Part shown: positions 1-11,296 of the stretch, one piece after another | Layout: each line of letters opens with the position of its first letter | Numbering within the stretch: the stretch's first letter is position 1 | Source: Takakia lepidozioides | Lineage: Eukaryota; Plantae; Bryophyta | Assembly: GCA_030704615.1 (NCBI GenBank) | Contig: CM060732.1 | Location: forward strand, 51,336,001 to 51,400,000 | Length of the DNA: 64,000 nt | Direction of reading: 5' to 3' | The notes under the pieces: model-generated | Seen by the model: the letters and a program-made list of their open reading frames with translations, nothing else | The model's database searches: none | What the model was told of the DNA's origin: nothing | Program-made: the position numbers and the translations under genes

Positions 1-1708
1 GATACCATGTTGTGTTCTTGACCACTCATACTGGCAAGTGTTGCCAATTGAGAGTGGTTAGGTGTTGCAGATGAGGAAACAGCTATTCTCATGTTACATG
101 GGTGTTGAGCATAATCAATCCCACTTCGGTCATCCTCTCTTTCGTTCTCATGGGCCATGGGGCCTCAGGGCCCCTGTTGGCCGCTACAAAAATTGTTTCT
201 TTGACTCTAAGTTGAAATTGTAGCTTTGTAGTTCTGGTGGCTGATCATTTGGGGGCCCACTTTTCTGTCCTGATTACTCTTTCCTTCGTCCCATAAGCTC
301 TTTGAACTTCCTGCAGAAATTATAAAATTCCTTCCTTTCTTACCCTTTTCTCAAGTAATGCAGTCTATGGCGACAAGGCTATGGCAAACAGTGTCTTATT
401 AGTACATTCGCTTGATAATGGTGGTACCATTAGAATAACACTAGTTTTTTTGCTGTCGCCTAGCCCTGTATGCTACTGACTTTAGAACCCACTCCCATCC
501 AATGTCACCCTTGGATTTGATACCAGCCAGAGTGAAGCTAAGTCTTGCACACCTTGACACTGACTAGGAGATCGTGTGAAAGGTCAGACTCATATTTTTA
601 CCTCATTAATCTTGCATACTTGCAAGACTCTGACACGTCATCATGGGGCAGCACAGCCCACTTCTGAAGGCAGTTTTACAAGAAAGACAGTGTATGCATC
701 CTGTCCGTCCCATCGGTGTGCTGGAGCGTCCTCCCCTCCCTGCGTTTCTTCCTTTCTCAGTGGTTTGGCTGTTGTCAAGGCTAAACACGCAGTGCTTTTA
801 GCCATATTCTCTGACTTACACGCCTGGCAGGAGCCTTCCTTGTGGATGATAGAACAGAAGTTGGGCTAACCGTGCATGCAAGCATACCACTGCTGGGCCA
901 GCATCTGTTTGCTGGCAGGGCCCACCAACCAGATTGAACAGACAAATTAAACATGCCTTAAGTAAATCTATGCTCCACGTTCCCATGAGCAGAAAACCAT
1001 CTTCCAATACAAAGGAGCTCTCTCCTCTCTTTCAAAGTGAGTGTATTCCACTATAATTTCCACACAAACTTTGTATGAATACGAACTTCTATGATGCAGC
1101 GCTGTGATCTCAGATTTGCATAGTCCTATATCAACAGAGGATCTGTCTCTGGTTTTTGCTTTCAGAAGGAAGTTGTGGGTCATTTCCTTAGTACAACATG
1201 GATGCTGGACAAAGCTCTAAGACATTGACAACTTCACATTGTGTTACACACTGTTACTATAAGTGTTGCGATTCTTCTGTATCCAATTTTCACACAGCCA
1301 AGAATACACAATGTACCCCCCCACTGCACTATGAGGTTATGACCTATTACAAGTCCTTCCCCATTCTTAGAGGGGTACAATCCAGGAAATGTGGCCAGGT
1401 CATTCAGCATATGACGAGCAGCAGGCAATCCAGCAAATTTCTGGGAGAAACAATCTCAGGGCTTACAAATTCTCTTCTATTGCTACAGGTAGAAAGTCTG
1501 AAGGTCTAGTAAACAATGTTTAAACCAACGTACTACCAGCTCTTATAAAACACAACATGAGCTCAAGCCTATCTTGTTATCCTAAGAAATTACAACCACC
1601 GCAGATATGATCCAGGCAACATGTAATCAGGTCCAAACTATATGAAGGCTAAATGAGTCCTCGAAAAGACCCATCACAAACACAGGGGACAGCTAATACC
1701 CATCCCAC

Positions 1709-4700
1709 TCAAGAGCCAGCTCTGGGACTCGGTGAGGAGCAGCCTTGCTCAATGCACTGTCAAAAGAAAAGAACAATTAACAATTCGCCGTCACCGACTG
1801 TCCTCCAATATGGGCACATGAACAGATTACTCAATTCGGTTACAACCAAAACGTCCAAAGGAACTCTTGAATTTTACTCGGACTCTTGTCCTATTCCAAT
1901 AAGGGGACAGATCAAACATCTTTGGCCTGGGTCTGTTATGAATACAAAATGCATTGTATGGCCACAACCTCAGTGCACCAAGATATGTCATGAGACTGCT
2001 ACTCCAAAAAATCAGTGTGACCAGAAAAAAAGTAGGATGAAACATATGAATTTGACCAAGTGTCAGCCATTATCAATACTATAGTAAGTACTGCAATAGC
2101 TGCTAAAGAAAGGCCGTCTTTACGTGGCTTCCAAACACTTACACATAGAACTCAAAGAGATCATCAAAATAGATGCAAGTCCAAACAAGTTAAGTTAGGT
2201 GATTAAACCTGCAAAAGATAGCTGTGCAACCAATCCAGTGTCTGCGGGAAGGTTGTGGCAGACAAATCAATCACTGTCATCCCCTACACCACCAAATCAT
2301 GACATCAAGTGACACAATCAGTTTTCTTGAATTCCTTGGGTTCAGAACCCCAGAGGAGATGCAGGCAGCATATGGGACACTGCAGAACTACAAGAGCAAA
2401 CCAAAGATTACCAAAAAACCCCAAACCCTGAAAGAAATGAAATGGTACTTAATAACGTCCGCGGGAAGCTCGAAGAGCTTATGGGACGAGGAAGAAATGA
2501 AATGGTACTTCATAACGTCCGCGGAAAGCTCAGAGGTTATGGGACAAAAGGGAGAAACCAGAAAGAAGAGACAAAACCATAACCAAAAGCAAACCAGGAG
2601 CAACTACTGCTGAAGGGTTTGCCTAAGGGCCAAGGCCTCATGCAGATAAGCTGCCAATCATTTCTGATCCTCATAATGGAAGACCCCCAGTGAGAGATGG
2701 GGTTCCACGGAATAGACAGTTGAATCTCCCATGGATCTCATAGTATAGAGGGGAATAAAAGAAGAGGTGTCCTTCAGTTTCGATTTCCTGGTTGCGCCCG
2801 GTACACGCTGGGCATAGGCGATCCTCCGGTTGCAGGAAGAAATGAAATGAAACGAAATGAAATGGTACTTTATAACGTCTGCGGAAAGCTCAAAGAGCTT
2901 ATGGGACAAAATGGAAAAAAACATGAGAGAGGAAACAAAACCCGAGCCAAGAAAAACTACTGCTCGAGGGATTGTCTAAGGGTGAAGGCCTCGTGCAGGT
3001 AAGCTGCCAAGCATTTCTGATCCTCACAGTGGAAGACTTCAGTGAGAGATTCAGTTCCGCGGAATAGACAGTGGAATAGACAGAAAGCAAGAAGAAAGAG
3101 AAATGAAATGAAATGGTGCTTTATAACGTCTGCGGAAAGCTCATAGAGCTTATGGGACAAAATGGAAGAGAACAAGAGAGAGGAAACAAAACCAGAGCCA
3201 AAAATAAAACTAGTGCTCGAGTGATTGTCTAGGGATTGTCAGAGAAATGAATGAAATGAAATGGAAACTTCCTGATGTCCACAGGCCTGAGGGCCCATGG
3301 GGCTTAGTAGAACAATAAGAAACTACTTCAATGAAGTCAAGAAACACCCAAAGAGCAGGCTGCCACGCATTTAGATCCTCCAAGGGGATAAGCCTCTGTG
3401 AATGGTCTTTTTAGGGAAAAAAAAGTTTAAAGAAAAAAGGTCTTTATAAATAAACTGGTCTTTATAGATTGTGCTCATAAGACATTGTTTGCCGTAGCCT
3501 TGTGGCCATTGACCCCGCGCCCAGTTTGAGCGGGAACAAAAGGGACAGAACCTACCTCTGTCAGGGGCTGACGTTGGTAGTAAGACTTACCTCCATATAT
3601 AGAATTCTCTAGAAATCCCTTCACACAAGCATCAATCTGCTGTGTGTGATTTGCCCAAAAACTAGGCCTCAGGAGGGCCTGGGCTTTTGGCTCAGCCTCG
3701 AGACTTTCAAAGTTGGTAAACAGGGGTACAGGCACAATTCCCTTAATAGATTTGAAGAGCGTCTCTGTGAATGGTCTTTTTAGGGAAAAAAAAGTTTAAA
3801 GAAAAAAGGTCTTTATAAATAAACTGGTCTTTATAGATTGTACTCATAAGACGTTGTTTGCCGTAGCCTTGTGGCCATTGACCCCGCGCCCAGTTTGAGC
3901 GGAACACAAAGGGACAGAACCTACCTTTGTCAGGGGCTGACGCTACACAAGCATGAACCTGCTGTGTGTGGTTTCCCCAAAAACTAGGCCCCAAAAGGGC
4001 CTGGGCTTTTGGCTTAGCCTCGAGACTTTCAAAGTTGGTAAACAGAGGAACAGGCACAATTCCCTTGATAGATGTGAGGAAATTGCACTCTCCCTTTCCT
4101 CTCTGCTTCCGTTTGCTCTTCAAGGTAGGCTTACCGCCCTGAGTTTAAATTTCCTTTTAGAGACAAAAGAAAAGAGAAATGAATTGAGATGAAATGGTAC
4201 TTTATAACGTCCGCACAAAGCTCAAAGAGCTTATGAGACAAAAGGGAAAACAAGAAATGAAATGGAATGAATGGAACTTTATAACGTCTGCAGAAAGCAA
4301 CAGAGGAAAAAAGAAAGCAGGGAGAGAAATGAAATGAAATGAAATGGTGCTTTATAAGAGGAAAAAAGAAACTTCATAACATCCACAAGGAACCCTGCGG
4401 GCCCAAGGTACAAAGTGGAACAACAAGACAAGAAAGGAATTTAGAGAAGAAAAGTAGTCGGAAGGTCCAGAGGAGGGCCAATAGAAAAAAAAGGAAAAGA
4501 AAAAAAATGAAATGAAATGAAATGGTACTTTATAACGTCCGCGGAAAGCTCAAAGAGCTTATGGGACACAACAGAAAAAAAACATGAGAGAGGAAACACA
4601 ACCAGAGCAGAAAAAAAACAACTGCTGAAAGAAACTTCATAACGTCAAAGAGGGTCATGAGGGCCCATGGGACACAGAGACAGAGGAAGGAAAAAACCTC

Positions 4701-7700
4701 ACCTACATGGGATGCCCAGAGGATGTGTGGTAGACTGTAGACAGAGAGGGAGATACCTGGGACTCAAAAGAGGTGATGTAGTCCTGGATTACTTGTAACT
4801 TACTGATGAGAGCTTCTTTCTCCTGCACCAGCCAGAGCGCTCTTGAATTCATGACATAGGGACAAAACTTGTCCATCATACATTCAAATGTGATCCATAG
4901 CTTGTTCTTTAATGAAAACTATGAGAAAGTGATATGAAGCTGTACAGACCCAAGTTCCCCAGTGTTTCACTATATACAAGAGTGATCTATGAATCTAGAA
5001 TCGTCTAATATTAGGCCGTTAGGCTTCTCAAGGTGCAATAGAACCAGAGAAATGTGAAGCTGAATGCTCAACCCTTGAACAAACTACCATGCACCCAGGA
5101 GACCTTGACACCGGGTAAGTCACATACCTCCAATGGGTCATTGCTCTCACTCTCCATGGCCCTGCATGCAATCCACTCTTCCAAGAGCGTCTGCAGGCCA
5201 GCCAAACTCCATCAGGATATTCTCCACTTCAAAGGTCCCTCATAATCAGAACTGGGTAGATGCCTTAATACCTTGTGATCAATGTCAGCCATCTTTAGTA
5301 CAATAGGCACCACAATGCACTCAACAGGCGCTTGCTTTGTTGGTACAACGTCCTCCTGCCCCACTTCCTTGGCTCCCCCTGAGGTGACCCGCCATGCAAA
5401 GACTACAGTGACTCAAGAATCAACACAAGCAGACCAGGTGTAATGTGGGAGCCACAATGCAGGGGAACAAACACATTCTATGGTAGTTAATTCGCCGCTC
5501 GCTGGCTCTTCGGCAGATTATCACAGGTGAACAACTAGCTAAACATATTCAACTAAGATTTTAACAGCAAGGCCAGACACTGCCCTCCAACTGTGGAGGC
5601 ATATGATAGATCAGCAATACTTTTCTGATGTGGTTTCACTACCAGAAAGCTGCTCCCAAATTAGTCTGGTTCCAAAACATAAAATCTATGTTGAACCACC
5701 ATTTTAGCAGGGGTAATTAAGGTTTTCCCATAAGGTTTTTCCATAAAGTAAGACGCTTGAGAGCAACACATCAGATGAGTGGGTATCTATGATTGAAAGT
5801 TGTCCCCATTTAACAGCTCTTTGAAGCAACCAGAATCTACTTCACAAGGATAGAAGCCACGTCTGTCGGTGATCTCATGGAGTCCTGGTCTCTATGGTGA
5901 TGATTCCAATTCCAATTGTTCAGATTCACTATTAAATGGGAAGAATACGGTGAGGGCTCTTTGTAAGTCGAATTGCATACTTCTGGTTGAGCTTTCCGCT
6001 CGCGAAGAACATAAGGTCTTCCAAAATTACAGATATTACCTGACCAAACTGTTGATTCATGCATTTACTACGATGGCACCCTCCAATGTGTCCATTCCTA
6101 TGCCACAAACCCCCTGCCCAGTAAATTACAAATATCTTTGAAGGAGTGATTTTCTGAAACTGCAGCACATTGGACGGACTTTGTACATCTTTTGGCCTCC
6201 AGACAAACCAGTCATCCACTGCCACCATTACTCTTGCCAGACAAAGAGTGGTGACTCATTATTCTGCCATATCTCAATCTTAAATAGTCAATCTTCGCTG
6301 TCTTGCAAGACAAAGTCTGAGGTCGACTGGAGTTGCAGGGGGTGTCTATTGTTCATACCTGCCACCAAGCACTGCTCTTCAGGCTGCTGTACTGACACCA
6401 GGCTTGCCACACTCCTTTGATCGGACTTGCTGTCTGCCCCAGTGGCAGTGATTGTCACAGTCTCAGGAGGCAGTGCAGTAGCTGCCTTGGTCTGAACCGA
6501 ACCCAGTCCAAACCCTCCATTCTCTTTATCCTTAAGATAGATGGAAGGGTCCAAGTGCAATCCCTGCAGCCACACCCGTTTTAGTGACTGCCGGTTTGAC
6601 CTTCTCCCTATTTATCTGGTCCCTACTTTAAAGGATTTTGTTGTTCTTATGATAAACCTCAGATTCTTTAACTAGTTGAATCGAGTCCTTCCCTCTCAAA
6701 AGGAGGGAAATCCATGCACAACCAAGCATGTGCTTGCATGCACAGGCACCTTTATTGAAAACCCACCACACCCCCCTCACCCCACTAACTTCACCAGCAG
6801 TTATGATCATCTCAGTTGATGATATGGGAAAGTGCAGTTAGACAAATGGACTAATGTACTTGAAAGGAGATATATGATTAATTTTCTCACAGGCCATGAT
6901 GCCTTGTGCTATATCTACTGCCTGAACACTTAAAAGTGCAGCCATCAAAATATACCTCAATGATGACAGGCTTTCCATCTTTCATTGCTTTCTTAAGATC
7001 ACCGTCTAGCCCTGTCCATCCCACCAAGCACAAATACCTTGTTAATTCACAGAAATATAAAAGAAACTCTGCCCAATTCCCCCTTTGTTGCATGAAGTGG
7101 GAACCATGATATTCTGAGAAGTTGGTCCACTCCTACAAGCAAGCAGCTGAGCAAGGAGGTCAGGGAATGTTGCCACAGCCTTGTGCGAGGGCCACCCTAC
7201 ACTTCAGCAGTTTCCTTAAATGGCACTCTCTGCCGCATTGATACAAGCTAAATGTGAGGAAGCTACGGAAAGAGAGCGAAAACCTTGGCGTACAATCCGG
7301 CATTCGCGACAGAATTCTCGCACGAGATCCTCTGGTGAAGTAAAGTCTCTCGCCCAAACTGGTGTGGAAGTAAGAGGAGCGCTGTTGTACATACACCAAG
7401 AAAAACGTAGATGAGAGGTCTTCCAGGCAGGTATGGCCACAAGAACACTAAGAACATCACACTCTCCTTTTACATGTTCACAACCACTTGAGAACGGTTG
7501 TAAAAGGTTCCAGAAATATTCCTCCTACTTCCTGCAGATCCAAATGTTGTTTCCTAAAAATGGCAGGAGTTCAGTAAACTAACACCCCAAGGCTACCCAG
7601 TGCACTTGTTTGCCACTCTGACCTGTACTCTGAAACTGCAGACAAATCCTCAAATGAGGAGAAGGAGAAGGAAGAAGAAGAGAGCATTACTCTGTAGAGC

Positions 7701-10397
7701 TTCGGAGCAATTCATAAACCATATCTGTCTGCAAAAAGACACCAGTAGAAATCATACAGCATCAAAAGCAGAAAAAGCACCATACGAATGACTCTCTCTC
7801 ACTGGATGTTCAATCTATAATTTAACGGTTTCCCATACCAGCAAGAACCATCAGACTCTGGAGTCCTGCCAGTACATCTGAAAAGGTGTCCCCACCAACT
7901 CTGGATACTTTAATTTCCAGCCCTCCATATCCACCGAAGTTCCTAGCCATAAATGAAGGAAAAGACCCCCTGACAGAAATTCCACTCTTCAATCTCTTCC
8001 CATAACAAAAACCAGTGATCACTGCTGAAACTTCCCCTTGAAGGCCATACAGTTCTTTGGGAGACAAGGTTGACTACCACACCTGCAAGACATTTGGAAG
8101 GTTGAGACGCTGAGCAAGATGAGTGGCAATAGTGGATTTGCCTACGCAGGCCGTCCCACATACCAGGATAATGAGTGGCAATCTCTGGTGATGAAATCTG
8201 CGACGGCCCCAGGACCCAGGTTCAACTGTCATGCCTATCTATACTGTTTATGCATGTTCCAACCTCATACTCGTTCACAACATCAGCTACCAGTTCGTCC
8301 ATATTTGTACTGGGTATGTTAGTTCTCTTCTCCAGCAACATGTCATAGGATTTGACGCTTATAGTGCTGAAGTATGGAGAAACAAGAACGAATATACTGA
8401 AAACAATTCAGCCGGACAATTGGACAGCCAGACCAAGAACATCTTCCATTCCTCACAGTGCATGTATGTATGCTTAGATGAGTCAGCCCCACAGGGTGCC
8501 AAAAGCGTCATGCTATTGGATTAAAACAGAGCTAGATTTGCAAACAAGTCACAAAAACCAAAAGCAACCCACCAATGCTCTTGGGTTAGCCCCAAAATAG
8601 GCACCAAGCAACTACAAGCAGCCAAGGAAAGTTTTAATCACCTGGTCATCATCTTATAGCGATTAATGTACTCTGTTCCATAGCCACGTCGCTCCATAAG
8701 CTGCAACAATACCATAGGTCAGGCATCCATAGGTCTTTCCACCACATGGACAATTGCTTCTTTTCCTCCTCCCCCTTGTTGCCTTCCTCTCTGTCACAAT
8801 CTTGGCCACCCCCATCTTCTGTCCTCAGCCCAAAAATGGTCATGGAAAACATATCATATACAGTCCAACAAAAATGGCACACATGCACCAGCAAACCCAT
8901 GTTGCAATGCAGCTCTCACCTTAAACAGATTAGCCTCCAGATCCGATTGAGACCTGCACACATCCAATTGGCAATCATGTTACAAAATGTGCTCAAGATT
9001 TCCCATCTCACCAACTTACCCTACCTAGGAAACAACAGCTTAACCTAAAGAGGCTGTTGTCAAACAGCACTTTTTTCAGCTCTGTCAGATTATCATGATG
9101 CAACTCACAATCAAGTCACAAGCCACACTTCACAATTTCTTAATATTACCCAAGAGGGCAGCTTACACATCTAACAGGCTGTTGTCAATGAGCAATTTCT
9201 TCAGCTCCAGCGAGATTTTGATGGCCACATGACTTGGAATCTGCCACCAAGCAGCACCCATCTTCTTTCAGGTTGTATGCACACTGCATTACTTCCACAA
9301 TCTCTCAATTTTAGAGATACCTGATTATCACAACATCTTTTATGCCAGCTTGAGTTTCAACAGAGTGTTAATAGAAAACATGGAAATAATCCCTTCATAA
9401 TAGTACTGACATTCGGTGACTTCACACTGTTTGGCTTTGAACCCATGAACACTTATAAGACAACCTTGTGTCTTAACCACTTGGCCATTGGTTGGATAGG
9501 CTTTTCATTTCCCTGCCGGTGGCATAAGCAGCTGGGCTTTTACAGAAAGCTTCTAATCTTGTCACCCTGAAGTAGACAATAAACCTATATAACCTCACAT
9601 CTGAATAGCACCAGGATTGATACCTTGGTCACAGTGAGCATACGGCTCACCAGAAAGCGTGACAGTACATAATAATGGTCCGCATTTTCTCCCAGCCACA
9701 CCCTGACCTGCACCCCACACACACCTTAATTTTGTGGAGATCCATCAATCTTTGATGCTACCTGCGCGGACTATTTACCTGGTGGCAACTCTGCCGTGAA
9801 ATGTCGACTGACAGAACATCGATACCTTCGTTTTCAAAATTTGTACAGCAGATGCAATGATGATGGTCTTCGAATTGCCAGGTTAGTCGCTGATACCAAT
9901 CACCCGATAAAGTACAGATGGGCCAAAAACAACTTGGAGGGAGCGGCGCTTTGTTCTGAGCCGAACCTTGGTCATTGCTTATGCCAGTTTGCGTCCAGCG
10001 ATTTAGTTTCCTACAGTTGTGGCCTCAGGGAACCTACAGTAAAGGAAGGCTTGCTCCAGTCTTGGCTCTTATCTTGAAAATGACATTCATAGTGGTCTTC
10101 TGGATTCCCCAGTAAGCTCTTTCCATGGTATCAATTTCTGCCGAGTTTTCTCTCACGAATGAGACCCAAGGAGGGTCACAGTTTTGCATAATTAGAAACC
10201 TCTAAAACCGGACTAGGATGGCTGAATAGACAGCTTCCCCTTCCCCAACCGCAGTTGCTAGCCAGAGTGTCTACCTTAACAAAGTCATACTTAGAAGACG
10301 TGTGGCGGGGTGGTCTAGTGATGGAACCACTGGACTGTTGCGCTGTGTCCCCGGCTTCGTCATTCACACTCGGTCGTTCTACCTTCTCCAAGCCCAT
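1709..10397 (-). CDS. P-loop NTPase / 2-phosphoglycerate-kinase-like protein (LPA1-related family), 15 exons, about 414 aa
   Basis: Spliced by hand with GT-AG introns in consistent phase. Exons: 10397-10275, 9707-9624, 9240-9167, 8953-8920, 8700-8642, 8197-8083, 7728-7691, 7381-7284, 7011-6956, 6563-6359, 5378-5272, 5190-5128, 4822-4757, 2283-2209, 1756-1709 (1245 nt). The protein reads [27 protein letters not shown], Walker [36 protein letters not shown], and [21 protein letters not shown], which I recognise as a conserved plant family. Confidence 0.92.
2432..4680 (-). mobile_element. Stack of 5'-truncated LINE 3' ends with (CATTT)n tails in intron 13
   Basis: About 10 full or partial copies of GAAATGAAATGGTACTTTATAACGTCCGCGGAAAGCTCAAAGAGCTTATGGGAC (near 2434, 2494, 2853, 3105, 3255, 4186, 4260, 4335, 4515, 4630). 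Longer copies extend into a LINE-like ORF end ([37 protein letters not shown]). One copy lies on the opposite strand at about 289-330. Confidence 0.7.
3392..4067. repeat. Tandem duplication of an element of about 310-350 bp within intron 13
   Basis: 3392-3742 and 3761-4065 align closely (TCTGTGAATGGTCTTTTTAGGG...CAGGCACAATTCCCTT), apart from one internal indel. Confidence 0.9.
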
Positions 10398-10929
10398 TGT
10401 TGATGATGACACACTGTGCAGAGACTGCAGAAACACATTCACGCTCAACAAACACGCTCAACAATCCCCACAAGGCTACGGCAAACAACGTCTTATGAGT
10501 ACAATCTTTTCCTCTCAGCGATCTCAACACACTCTTCAGAGACGCAATTGAACAAAACAAAACAATCCCGCATCTTGCATCGCTCAAATTGCAACTGTCC
10601 TAAAAATCCAATTAACTGAGAATTCTGTGTGCTTTGCAATCTTAGCATAACAATCAAGTCCCGGAGCATCGAATTTCCTACCATCCAAGATCAATGGAGG
10701 CTCATGTCAGCAATTATCTTACAAATTCCGCTTCAATCCTGATTCAACAACTCCGGCTTTCCATGTTTCCTGACTTGTCACTCCTCGAACAACCTCCTCT
10801 TGTTTTTTTCTCACACAGATCTTCAACTTCCTCCCATTAAATTCCTGCCAGAACTTTAGAACGCTCCAACGGCCATGAACTTTTGCTTAGATCAAACGTC
10901 ATATTCTCGGAGATGCCATTTTGCTTCGC

Positions 10930-11044
10930 AAACTGAGCAGAATCTCGTTTCGCCATGAGATATTCTAGGTATATTCCAAAATACGAAGAATATTCTGTTA
11001 TGCTTCGTAGAATATTCAGGGCGAAACGAAATTCTGCTCAGTTT
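10930..11044. repeat. Short foldback (MITE-like inverted repeat) between the two host genes
   Basis: AAACTGAGCAGAATCTCGTTTCGCCATGAGATATTCTA pairs imperfectly with TAGAATATTCAGGGCGAAACGAAATTCTGCTCAGTTT. Confidence 0.7.
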
Positions 11045-11296
11045 TCTAGATTATACAGCTTCTAGACTCTCTGTCCCAGAATCTCACACATTGTATAGAA
11101 ATGTAAGCAGTGGGAGTATATGTAGTTTTCAACTTTAACCCCTAAGCACTGCAAGGCCCAACAAGGGCTGAATTGGTTGCAGAATTAGATGTAACTTTTG
11201 CAGATGTAGGCCAAATTCCCTTAACTTTGATGCGTACACTAGAGGTTCTCCCCTCAATTGGAAGGGATGATTGTTCTGTCATGCCTGTTGCTGATT

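Noticed and set aside
1-20. GATACCATGT as a possible PBS/LTR junction of a minus-strand LTR element
   Set aside because: Only 7 bases of the PBS are visible at the window edge, with no supporting LTR.
2432-4680. CRISPR-like repeat-spacer pattern in intron 13
   Set aside because: Spacing is irregular and the repeats extend into shared LINE-like coding sequence with microsatellite tails.
5837-6420. Several 75-98 aa ORFs in intron 10 of the kinase-like gene
   Set aside because: The flanking exons already join in phase and no domain was recognisable.
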